DNA from: an uncultured Solirubrobacterales bacterium | GTDB taxonomy: Bacteria; Actinomycetota; Thermoleophilia; Solirubrobacterales; Solirubrobacteraceae | Length of the DNA: 64,000 bases | Direction of reading: 5' to 3' | Assembly (NCBI GenBank): GCA_963824755.1 | Contig: CAWGQT010000022.1 | Coordinates: forward strand, 22,930 to 86,929 | Shown: piece after piece, positions 29,799-38,372 of the stretch | Position numbering within the stretch: the first letter of the stretch is position 1 | How the letters are laid out: every line of letters starts with the position of its first letter | The notes under the pieces: generated by a model | What the model was told of the DNA's origin: nothing | The model's input: the letters and a program-made list of their open reading frames with translations, nothing else | Database searches by the model: none | Program-made: the position numbers and the translations under genes

Positions 29799-30140
29799 CT
29801 ACTCCTCGATGTCTTCCTCGTCTTCTGGCTCGTCGAGCTCTTCCTCGCCCTCTGGCTGCTCGAGGTCTTCGTCGTCCTCGATGTCTTCCTCGTCCTCGGG
29901 CTCGTATTCGTCTTCGCCGGTCAGCTGATCCTGGAGCCTGGTGACGCCATTCTGGAGCGTTCCAAGCATCCCTCGCCCCCGCCCACTGGTCGCGAGACGA
30001 GCTGCCGTCACCAGTCCGGCGCCCAAGAGAAGCGCGCGCCCCGCAGGGAGGTGGTGTCGTTTTCGCTCGCTCTCGGCTCTTGACTCCTGGAGCGCTGCCT
30101 GGACGCCGGCGAGAACTACGCGATGCAAATCGGCTGGCAT
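29799..30140 (-). CDS. Small hypothetical protein with hydrophobic segment and Asp/Glu-rich tail
   Basis: ORF with LLLGAGLVTAA segment and acidic low-complexity C-terminus. Confidence 0.6.
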   Translation of the reverse strand: MPADLHRVVLAGVQAALQESRAESERKRHHLPAGRALLLGAGLVTAARLATSGRGRGMLGTLQNGVTRLQDQLTGEDEYEPEDEEDIEDDEDLEQPEGEEELDEPEDEEDIEE

Positions 30141-30160
30141 TTGTGCCGCTCCTGCCGGCG

Positions 30161-31338
30161 CTAACCGGCGCTCGAGTGGTTGCCTCTGGATCGCGCGGAG
30201 CTGCGGCCGCGCGATCTCGCCGGCGAGCTCGCTCGCGATCCCGACGACGACCCGCCACCGGACCGCGCGGACGACGCCGCTCGCGATCCCGACGACGACC
30301 CGCGGCCCGACCGTGAAGAGGATCCGCCGCCCGACCGCGAAGAGGACCCGCCGCTGGACCGCTCGGACGCCCCTCCGCCCGACCGCGCCGATGAGCGTGA
30401 GCCTCCGCTCCTCTGAGCGCTCGCACCACGCCCGCGGCTGCTCGAGCGGCTTCCGCTGCTGCCGCCAGACGAGCTCTGCTGCCGCCGGCCGCCCGAACGC
30501 TGCGACTTCTTCGAGTCGCTATCGCCGCCGCGAGCCTCCTCGAGATCTGCATAGTCGCGCTTGCCGTCGTAGCCCGAATCGTGCTGCTCGACGACCTCCC
30601 CTTCCTCGATCACCGAGTCCGAGCTCGATCCGCGTAAGGCGCGGGGCCAGCTCGTGGAAGGTGACTACACCGGTGTGCGTGATCCCGTTGGTGACGCGCC
30701 ACTTGATCCGCTCGTTCGGGCGCTGGGTCTCGATCTCGGCCGTGAACTCCTTCGTCTTGGCCCAGATCTTGGTCGCGAACGAAACCGTGCAGTCGTCCTC
30801 TTGGGTGACGCGGGTGACGCGGTGCATGAACTCGGGCCATTGCTCGAACTGGGTCCACTGGTTGTAGACCGTCTCGATCGGCACCGCTACGTCGACGCTC
30901 TGCTGGACCGGCATCCGCCGGCCCTTCCCAACGCCGGGCATTCCGCCCTTCCCACGGCCGCCGCTGCCGCCGCCGAACGGCAATGCGCTCTTTAGGCCTT
31001 CCTTCAGGATGCCGCCGGCGCCGCCGGACTCCTCGATCTTGTCCGTCAGCTTGTCCTCGATCGTTCCACCGACAGTGCTCCCGAGCTTGGAGGTGACGCC
31101 CTCGAGCGCCTTACCTGGGGCTTTGACGCCCTCGACAACCTTTCCGTCGAGCCTGCCAACGAGCTTGCCGACGCCCTTCGCGGCCAACGGGACAAGCGCA
31201 GCGGCGCCGGCGCCGGCAGCGATCCCGCGTGCACCAGACAGCGGGCCGCCGGACTTCGATGCACCGTCAAGGCTCTTGGCGGCTTGCCCGACCGCGTGTG
31301 TAACGGCCTTGCGCCTTTGCCGGAACAGTTTTAGCCAT
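30161..31338 (-). pseudogene. SRPBCC (polyketide cyclase-like) protein, frameshifted with apparent internal deletion
   Basis: PVQQSVDVAVPIETVYNQWTQFE.WPEFMH core; RBS-ATG at 31338 is out of frame with the core; frame switch near 30615 into VIEEGEVVEQHD and a Ser/Gly/Arg tail. Confidence 0.65.
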
Positions 31339-31414
31339 GCCTCTTCCTTCCTCGTGTTAGAGGCGCCTCCGCAAATCGTGGCTACCCGCTCCATCCGGAC
31401 TCTAAGAAACGACC

Positions 31415-31466
31415 TTGACAAGTTTAATAGTGACTGCTAAGCTCCTGCGTAGTTAGTGCTCACTAA
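31415..31466 (+). promoter_or_regulatory. Sigma70-type promoter and TetR-type operator of the MFS gene
   Basis: TTGACA (31415-31420)-N17-TAAGCT (31438-31443); palindrome TTAGTG-CT-CACTAA at 31453-31466. Confidence 0.75.
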
Positions 31467-31488
31467 GAACTCTTCTCGGAGGTGCCGC

Positions 31489-32937
31489 ATGAGCCAGAGC
31501 CCCCCATCGCAGACGGATAGGTCCCGGATTTGGACGCTCGTGATCGTCTCGCTCGGCCTGTTCATGGTCGTGCTCGACAACCTGGTCGTGAACGTCGCGC
31601 TCCCGAGCATTCATCGGGACCTCGGCGCCTCGATCCAGTCGCTCGAGTGGACCGTGAACGCATACGTGCTCGCGTACGCGGTGCTGCTCTTGACCGGCGC
31701 CGCCCTCGGTGACCGGTTCGGCCGTAAGCGGATGTTCATCACGGGGGTCACGCTGTTCACCGCCTCCTCGGCGGCGGCCGCGATGGCTCCGTCGATCGGC
31801 TTCCTGATCGCGGCCCGGGCGCTGCAGGGCACCGGCGCGGCGATCGTGACACCACTGACGCTCACACTGCTCGCCGAGGCGTTTCCTCCACAGCGCCGCG
31901 GTGTCGCGCTGGGCGTCTGGTCGGGCATCAGCGGTACCGCCGTGGCGCTCGGACCGCTCGTCGGCGGTGCGGTCGTGCAGGCGGCCTCCTGGCACTGGAT
32001 CTTCTGGATCAACGTCCCGATCGGAATCGCGCTCGTCCCGATCGCCGCAGCGCGGCTGAAGGAGAGCCACGGCGCCGCTCGCTCGCTCGACCTCCCCGGA
32101 GTCGTGCTCGCCTCGAGCGGTCTGTTCGGAATCGTCTACGGGCTGGTCCGCTCGCAGTCGCTGGGCTGGACCAACTCCGAGGTGATGATCTCCCTAATCG
32201 CCGGAGCCACCCTGGTCGCCGCTTTCATCGGCTACGAGCTTCGTGCCAAGGAGCCGATGCTGCCGATGCGCTTCTTCGCGAACCGCGCGTTCGCGGTGAC
32301 CAACGTCGTGTCGCTGTCGATGTACTTCGGGATGTTCGGCTCGATCTTCTTCCTCAGCCAGCTCCTGCAGAACGTCCTGCACAACTCGCCGCTGCAGGCC
32401 GGCGTCAAGCTGCTCGTCTGGACCGGGGCGACGATGATCGTCGCGCCGCTCGCGGGGTATTTCTCGGAGCGGATCGGCAGCCGTCCGTTCATGGTGGCCG
32501 GGCTCGGGCTCCAAGCGATCGCGCTCGGCTGGCTCGCGACGCTGACCTCCGTTGATGAGACGTACTCGAGCATGATCGTCCCATTCGTGCTCGCCGGCGC
32601 GGGCATGGCGCTGGTGTTTGCGCCCTCCGCCAATGCGGTGCTGTCCTCCGTGCGCACCTCAGAGGCCGGTCAGGCGTCGGGTGCCACGAATGCGATCCGC
32701 GAGCTGGGCGGCGTGCTCGGGATCGCGGTGCTCGCCACCGTGTTCACGAGCAACGGCAGCTACGCGTCGCCGCAGGCGTACGTCGCCGGGCTCGTCCCCG
32801 CGATGTGGGTCGGAGCAGCGGTGCTGAGCGCCGGCGCACTGATCGCGCTAGCGCTGCCGTTCAGCACTCGGGTGGCAAGCCCGGAGGCCAGGTCCGAGCA
32901 GGAGCGCGGGGAGGCGGCGATCCCACTCGCCGCCTGA
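31489..32937 (+). CDS. DHA2 (EmrB/QacA) family MFS efflux transporter
   Basis: LDNLVVNVALPSI, GALGDRFGRKR motif A, ARALQG.G, WIFWINVPIG; about 14 TM segments. Confidence 0.92.
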   Translation: MSQSPPSQTDRSRIWTLVIVSLGLFMVVLDNLVVNVALPSIHRDLGASIQSLEWTVNAYVLAYAVLLLTGAALGDRFGRKRMFITGVTLFTASSAAAAMAPSIGFLIAARALQGTGAAIVTPLTLTLLAEAFPPQRRGVALGVWSGISGTAVALGPLVGGAVVQAASWHWIFWINVPIGIALVPIAAARLKESHGAARSLDLPGVVLASSGLFGIVYGLVRSQSLGWTNSEVMISLIAGATLVAAFIGYELRAKEPMLPMRFFANRAFAVTNVVSLSMYFGMFGSIFFLSQLLQNVLHNSPLQAGVKLLVWTGATMIVAPLAGYFSERIGSRPFMVAGLGLQAIALGWLATLTSVDETYSSMIVPFVLAGAGMALVFAPSANAVLSSVRTSEAGQASGATNAIRELGGVLGIAVLATVFTSNGSYASPQAYVAGLVPAMWVGAAVLSAGALIALALPFSTRVASPEARSEQERGEAAIPLAA

Positions 32938-32969
32938 GTCTGCCCTAGGATCGACCGGTAAAGAGCATC

Positions 32970-33591
32970 ATGTCCAACATCGACATCGACATCGACATCG
33001 ACATCGGCATCGGAGCAAAAGAGAGCCCGTCAACGCGTCCCGGCCTCAGAGCGCCGGGACGCGCTGATCGAGGCCGCGGTCCACGAGTTCGCGCACGGTG
33101 GGCTCCACGGCACGCCGGTCGACCGGATCGCACGGCGCGTCGGAGTCGCACAGCCATACGTGTTCAGTCTGTTCCCGAGCAAGCGCGAGCTGTTCCTCGC
33201 TGCGGTCGAGAAGGACTTCGAGGTGACCGGCGAGCTGTTCGAGCGCGTGGCCGCCGAATTCGATCCGGCAACCGCCGGGCCCGACGTCGACGTCCTACGC
33301 GCGATGGGAGATGCGTATGTCGAGTTGCTCGATGAGCACCGTGACTACCTGATGCTTCAGCATCACGCGTACGCGGCCTGCGACGATGAGGTCATCCGTG
33401 ATCGGGTCCGGGCGTGCTACGCCCGGCTCGTCGCCCGTGTCCGCGAGTTGTCGGACGCGGACTCCGAGCGGATCGACGAGTTCTTCCGCTACGGGACGTG
33501 GCTGAATGTGGCGGCGGCGATGGGAGTGGAGGACCTGTCGGCCGGGTGCGAGTGGCTGCAGGCATCCGTGCTCGCAGACAAGTCGGAGTAG
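32970..33591 (+). pseudogene. TetR/AcrR family regulator with a +1 frameshift after codon 2 (or a sequencing error)
   Basis: HTH LIEAAVHEFAHGGLHGT.V..IARRVGVAQPYVFSLFPSKRELF is one frame off ATG 32970; in-frame TAA at 32959 closes the HTH frame. Confidence 0.7.
32977..33012 (+). repeat. (ACATCG)5 microsatellite at the tetR 5' end
   Basis: Five perfect ACATCG units at 32977-33006 plus GCATCG. Confidence 0.95.
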
Positions 33592-33627
33592 GAGCCTTGA
33601 CGGGCGCAAGCCGCCGCGCCCGGCTAG

Positions 33628-34044
33628 CTAGTCCGCGACCCGCGCTTCCGGGAATCTCGGTCGGCCGTCGTCGGGGATCGGCTCCCAGGGCGCCGCGTAG
33701 GCGACGTACTGGCGCACGCCTGGAGAGATGCCGGGGTCTGCGTCGAACGCCCCGAGCCGGGCGCCGATCGTGTCCGGATCGCCCGGGACACGACTGAACA
33801 GCGCCGACCCGCACACCCCGCAGAACCATTTCTCGGCGCCCCCATCCGGCATCCACGCGCGCAGGTGCTCTTCGCCTTGCACGATCTGGAACGACCCCGG
33901 TGCTGTCCGTCCGCTCGCCGAAGCGCCCGTGCCGGTGCGGCGCTGGCACCGCGTGCAGTGGCAGTAGATGGCGGAGACGAGCGGTTCGGAGATTTCGAAG
34001 CGCACCGCGCCGCAGCCGCACCCGCCGGTCAGGGGGAGGCTCAC
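33628..34044 (-). CDS. GFA (CENP-V/glutathione-dependent formaldehyde-activating) family protein
   Basis: TGGCGCGAVRF, YCHCTRCQRRTG, WFCGVCGSAL. Confidence 0.9.
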   Translation of the reverse strand: MSLPLTGGCGCGAVRFEISEPLVSAIYCHCTRCQRRTGTGASASGRTAPGSFQIVQGEEHLRAWMPDGGAEKWFCGVCGSALFSRVPGDPDTIGARLGAFDADPGISPGVRQYVAYAAPWEPIPDDGRPRFPEARVAD

Positions 34045-34088
34045 ATCCGACCGCTCGCGCTGGGTCGCGCGCGCTCGTGACTCGGAGC

Positions 34089-35261
34089 TCATCCGGCACC
34101 GCCGACCTGCACGAGATCGCGCTCTGGCTCGATCCGCCAGCGCCGCGCGACGGTCTGCAGCCGCTCGTCCAGACTCCACCCGTCCGCGCGCTCGTCGCCG
34201 CTGTGCACCGGGCTCGCGCCCTTCAGCGCCATGCAGCCGGTGTTGTCGCCCAGCGCCCCGATCTCATCGATGTCTGACTCGGTCAGCCTGAGCTCATGCG
34301 GCAGGGCGGCGAGCTCTGTTCGCTTATCCTCGATTGGACGCGCCGACGGGCGTGCCGCCGAGGCGTCAGCGGGGTCAACCTCCTGGATCAGGGTCGGCAC
34401 CACGCACGCGACCGCGTCGTGCGCCAGATTCCACTGGCAGGCGAGCTGGAGCATCGTCAGGCCGGCGCGCTGGGCGATCGGTCGCATCGAATCGAGCCGC
34501 TCGCGGCCCGCCTCGATCCAGCCCGCAGGCCGGAAACTGCGGTGATCATACGGCAGCATCTTCTGGCCAGGCAGCACGTCGTCAAAGAAGAGTCCGCCGT
34601 AGTCCACGACTCGCGTGATCACCTTCACGTCGTTGGCCGCCGCGGCGCCCAGACACAGCTCGCCTGGCCACGGCTCGAGCGGGTTGAGGATGATCATCGC
34701 CCAGTCGATCACCGTTCCGAAGCGCTCGAGGCAATCGATGATGTCGAGCGTGAAGCCGTTGGCGGGGCCCGGCGCCACGCCGATCAGCCGCGTCAAACCG
34801 GCGTCCCGAAGTCCCACCATCTCGTTCCAGACGGTCTCGCTCGTGTACCCGATCCGGTCGGGGTTGTGAAGCAGGAGCAGATCGAAGCTGTCGAGGCCGC
34901 AGCGCTCGAGGCTTCTCTCGGTCGCCATGCGCAGGTAGTCGCCGTACCCGTCCGGCGACCGCAGTCGCGGGTCGGTGAAGCGCGGAAAGCCCTTCGGTCC
35001 GTCGCGCTGGCCCGTGTAGAAGTCGTGACCGACCGCTCCGACCACGCACATCCGGTCGCGCTGCATGCCGGCGATTGCCAGTCCGAGCATCGTGTCGGCC
35101 TCACCACTGCCGTATACGTCGGCAGTGATCACCGTCGGGATCGACTCATCGGGAGCAATCAGGCGCAGGTAGCGCTCGTCGTCGAGCGCCATGCCGAAGC
35201 GCATGAACCGCCCGCCGCTCCAGGTTCCAACGGCTGTCCGCGTGGGATCGATCGGAGGCAT
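34089..35261 (-). CDS. Aldo/keto reductase family protein
   Basis: TADVYGSG.A, ERSLERCG.D.FDLLLLHNPD, QLA.QWNL. Confidence 0.8.
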   Translation of the reverse strand: MPPIDPTRTAVGTWSGGRFMRFGMALDDERYLRLIAPDESIPTVITADVYGSGEADTMLGLAIAGMQRDRMCVVGAVGHDFYTGQRDGPKGFPRFTDPRLRSPDGYGDYLRMATERSLERCGLDSFDLLLLHNPDRIGYTSETVWNEMVGLRDAGLTRLIGVAPGPANGFTLDIIDCLERFGTVIDWAMIILNPLEPWPGELCLGAAAANDVKVITRVVDYGGLFFDDVLPGQKMLPYDHRSFRPAGWIEAGRERLDSMRPIAQRAGLTMLQLACQWNLAHDAVACVVPTLIQEVDPADASAARPSARPIEDKRTELAALPHELRLTESDIDEIGALGDNTGCMALKGASPVHSGDERADGWSLDERLQTVARRWRIEPERDLVQVGGAG

Positions 35262-35316
35262 GGGCTGAGTTTACGTGGGGCTGATTGAAGTCCGAGCGTC
35301 CGAGCGTGGCGGGCAC

Positions 35317-35559
35317 TCACCGCTGTCGCCACCACCTCCCACTCAACAGATCATGGAACACGATCTCATCGCGTCCGCAAGTCGTCACGACCTCCCAGTA
35401 ACGTCGGCGCAGCGGCCGGTCGGTCCACCAGCGGTCCTCGACCAGCCATGACTCTCGCACTGCGTCCACCTCCCGGCCCTCGACAGCTAGCGGCTGCCCG
35501 TCATTGGCGGCGCTGACCGAAACGCGGCGGGGAATCGAGAGGCGTCGCGGTCCGGCCAT
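35317..35559 (-). CDS. Small protein resembling the ImuB C-terminal (DUF6504-like) region
   Basis: RBS gaggtgg; V..VRESWLVEDRWW...RRRYWEVVT..G...VF.DL..G.W; directly downstream of imuB. Confidence 0.65.
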   Translation of the reverse strand: MAGPRRLSIPRRVSVSAANDGQPLAVEGREVDAVRESWLVEDRWWTDRPLRRRYWEVVTTCGRDEIVFHDLLSGRWWRQR

Positions 35560-35656
35560 CACTGCCACCTCGAAGAGGTCGGTGGCGGCGAACAATGGCT
35601 CCCGTGTTCGGACAGTCCGAACACATAAGCCAAAGTTCCGCGCAGAACAGCCACGC

Positions 35657-36847
35657 CTATCCCTCGAACGGCGCCAGCACGGCCCGGCGCTCGGGAAAAC
35701 GAGAGTTGGGATCGACCTCGAGGATGCGAAGAGCTGCGTCTGGCCCGGCTGCCGCCCGCGTCTGGCGGATCGCCTCTCGCAGGCGTGCGGTCCGCGCAGC
35801 CTCTGGGTCCTCGAGCAGTGCTCGCTGATCGCTCGCGGGCGGACCGAAGCGCTCGACCGAGATACGTAGCTCATCCGCCGGCGCAGGCATCAGCGCCAGG
35901 CGCGGTGCGAGCGCGAGTCTCATCCGCACGGGATCGGCGAGCGCCTCCCGGAAGACGACCTGCTCTCGCCACGTGCCTCCGTGCTCGACCAGAATCGCTG
36001 AGAGCACGACCGCGCGCAGCGTCCGGCCTCGACGCTCACGCCGAGCGAGCAGCCTGTCGATCAGAAGCCCGAGGGCACGCTCGAGCTGGATCCCCGATCC
36101 CGCCTCGGGCAGCTCGAGCGACTCGCGCAAGAACTCGGAGACAGGCCGGGGACGTAGCGCGCCATCGCCTCCGCAGGCCAGCTCATGCGCGAGCAGCCCC
36201 GCCTTCCCAAAGCGATCGGCGAGCGCTGCCGGCGGGAGCCCAGCCAACTCTCCGAGCGTCTTGACCCCGAGCCGCTCTAGCGCCTCTGGCAGGTCGGCGA
36301 GCACAGGGCGTGCCCGCAGCAGCGCAACCGGAAGCGGATCAAGATACGCGCGAGCCTGCGCTCGGGACCCGCCGACGATCACTGGCCGGCGAACGCGCGC
36401 CCTGGTCGCCGCCGCAACCGACGCGAACCTGGACGGCCCCACACCGAGGCGGGCTGGCACTTTCAGCGCTCGACGAGCGGCGCGCAAAACCCCCTCGATG
36501 CCGCCGTACAAACGCAGCAGTCCGCGCGCGTCGAAGCACACCAGCCCAGGTCGCTCGGGCTCTACCTCGGCGCCCACCGACTCGAGCCGCACTAGCAGCA
36601 TCTCCCATGCATCGGCAACGCCGGCGGGATCGGGTGGGATCAGCGCGAGTCGACGGCAGCGAGCCAGAGCCTCTCCGAGGCGCATCCCGGGATGAACGCC
36701 GAACGCTTCAGCCGCCGGCGACACCTCCCCCACCTGCTGGACGCCCCCGGGCTCGGGTGCGACTGCGACTGGCGTCTTCAGCAGCTCTCTTCGATCGCCG
36801 GCCGCGATTGATAACTCGAAGCGGGGTAGGAGAACGCAAACAATCAT
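35657..36847 (-). CDS. imuB: ImuB-like Y-family polymerase homologue
   Basis: VS.AAEAFGVHPGMRLGEALARC, E..RPGLVCFDARGL..LYGG, LERLGVKTLGELA.LP...L..RFG; lacks the catalytic acidic motif; SOS box upstream. Confidence 0.85.
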   Translation of the reverse strand: MIVCVLLPRFELSIAAGDRRELLKTPVAVAPEPGGVQQVGEVSPAAEAFGVHPGMRLGEALARCRRLALIPPDPAGVADAWEMLLVRLESVGAEVEPERPGLVCFDARGLLRLYGGIEGVLRAARRALKVPARLGVGPSRFASVAAATRARVRRPVIVGGSRAQARAYLDPLPVALLRARPVLADLPEALERLGVKTLGELAGLPPAALADRFGKAGLLAHELACGGDGALRPRPVSEFLRESLELPEAGSGIQLERALGLLIDRLLARRERRGRTLRAVVLSAILVEHGGTWREQVVFREALADPVRMRLALAPRLALMPAPADELRISVERFGPPASDQRALLEDPEAARTARLREAIRQTRAAAGPDAALRILEVDPNSRFPERRAVLAPFEG

Positions 36848-36890
36848 GCTGGACTAGGAAGGCGTCGGTGAGCCATCTGCTGGGCGTACC

Positions 36891-36904
36891 CGAACACATG
36901 TTCG
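36891..36904. promoter_or_regulatory. LexA (SOS) box upstream of imuB
   Basis: CGAAC-acat-GTTCG, 44 bp upstream of the imuB ATG. Confidence 0.85.
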
Positions 36905-36978
36905 CAAGGGCCTCGGACGGATACCGCCAACACGTACAGCACTGATCACCTCTCCGCGGTGGTACGGTCTCTGACGAG

Positions 36979-37941
36979 ATGGCGCCACCGAATCCCGCTG
37001 ACCTGACCGTCCAGACCGCGCGGACGCTGCGAGCATTCGGACGGCGAATTCCTGGGGCAGGAACGGTGCTCGCGCCGTCGTTGCACGACGCTGTCAAGGG
37101 CAAGGCGGTCCTGATTACCGGCGCCTCGTCTGGGATCGGCAAGGCCGCCGCCCTCGATATCGGCCAGGCCGGCGGTGAAGTGCTGCTCGTCGCCCGCACG
37201 CGAGAGAAGCTCGAAGAAGTCGGCCGCGAGATCGAGAACTCTGGTGGCACGGCGTTCGTGCACACCTGCAACCTGTCCGACATCGACGACATCGACCGGA
37301 TGGCGGCCGAGGTGCTCGAGCAGCACGGTCGGGTCGACATCCTCGTCAACAACGCCGGCAAATCGATCCGCCGCTCGGTCAGCCGAGCGTATGACCGCTT
37401 CCACGACTACCAGCGGACGATGGCGCTCAACTATTTCGCGCCGGTCAAGCTGATCCTCAATCTCCTGCCCGTGATGCGCGAGCAGAAATCCGGACACATC
37501 ATCAACGTCTCCACGATCGGATTGCAGACGAACACGCCGCGGTTCAGCGCGTACCTCGCGTCAAAGGCAGCGCTCGACGCGTTTTCGCGCTCGATTGCGG
37601 TCGAGATCATCAGCGACGGCGTGCACGTCACGACCGTCTACATGCCACTCGTTCGCACGCCGATGATCGCCCCGACGAAGATCTACGACCGCTTCCCGAC
37701 GCTCAGCCCCGAAGAGGCCGCGACGATGATCACCGACGCGATCCGCAAGCGGCCCAAGCGGATCGCGACGACGATGGGCAACATAGGCCAGCTCGGCTAC
37801 GCGATCGCCCCCGGCGCACAGGACCTCGTCGTCAACCGCGCTTACAAGCTGTTCCCCGAGGGCGACGGGAAGAAGAAGCCCGAAGAGCAGACGGCGGAGC
37901 AGCGGGCGTTCGTGCGCGCGACGCGCGGCGTGCACTGGTAG
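36979..37941 (+). CDS. Short-chain dehydrogenase (fatty acyl-CoA reductase-like)
   Basis: TGASSGIG, LVNNAG.SIRRS, YLASKAAL (YxxxK), VYMPLVRTPMIAPTKIY. Confidence 0.9.
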   Translation: MAPPNPADLTVQTARTLRAFGRRIPGAGTVLAPSLHDAVKGKAVLITGASSGIGKAAALDIGQAGGEVLLVARTREKLEEVGREIENSGGTAFVHTCNLSDIDDIDRMAAEVLEQHGRVDILVNNAGKSIRRSVSRAYDRFHDYQRTMALNYFAPVKLILNLLPVMREQKSGHIINVSTIGLQTNTPRFSAYLASKAALDAFSRSIAVEIISDGVHVTTVYMPLVRTPMIAPTKIYDRFPTLSPEEAATMITDAIRKRPKRIATTMGNIGQLGYAIAPGAQDLVVNRAYKLFPEGDGKKKPEEQTAEQRAFVRATRGVHW

Positions 37942-38012
37942 CGGCTCGGCGGTGGGTCGACCTTCTGGGCGCCCGGAACACCGTTTCGCAGTCACCCCGC
38001 TCCCGCTGAAGC

Positions 38013-38166
38013 GACGAGCAGGATGTCGAACGTCCATTTCGTGACAATTCGACTCCGCCGCAGGGCGACGGTCTACGAAATGGACGCTGGGACGTCCATA
38101 ACGTTCATCGTCGCCGCCGGGGTCGATCGCTTTGCTACGTAATGGACGCTGCAAGGCGCCCCACCA
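38013..38166. repeat. Intergenic mini-array: palindromic ~30-bp units separated by two 32-bp spacers
   Basis: cgtccatttcgt(38031-42)-N32-acgaaatggacg(38075-86) and cgtccataacgt(38093-104)-N32-acgtaatggacg(38137-48). Confidence 0.75.
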
Positions 38167-38316
38167 TGGGTGCGCGGGCGGACGGGTGCGCGGGTGGGCA
38201 GGACCCTTTCCCCAGCAGTGAGTGAGGCGCAAGCCCGGGCAGGACACCATCAGGGCCGCCGGACGGGACCGTCACGAGCTAAGAGCAGTGGAGAGCTCAC
38301 ACCGCGCCCACTATGC

Positions 38317-38346
38317 TTGACTGCACAACCATCTTGGGGCTACCAT
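38317..38346 (+). promoter_or_regulatory. Sigma70-type promoter of the dioxygenase gene
   Basis: TTGACT-N18-TACCAT upstream of RBS aggag and ATG 38373. Confidence 0.5.
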
Positions 38347-38372
38347 TCATGTCCCACCCCCAGGAGACGCAT

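Noticed and set aside
29781-30083. Plus-strand ORF starting MY from the other arm of the SOS palindrome
   Set aside because: The start is a by-product of the symmetry, and the body is the antisense of the acidic repeat gene
30180-30520. Ser/Gly/Arg repeat region as a separate repeat element
   Set aside because: Explained as the low-complexity tail of the SRPBCC gene
36850-36980. imuA gene upstream of imuB
   Set aside because: Only about 130 bp separate imuB from a divergent SDR, and no RecA-like ORF is present
38013-38166. Calling the mini-array a bona fide CRISPR
   Set aside because: Only three units, the outer two half-degenerate, and no cas genes or leader in the window; kept as a repeat and a finding
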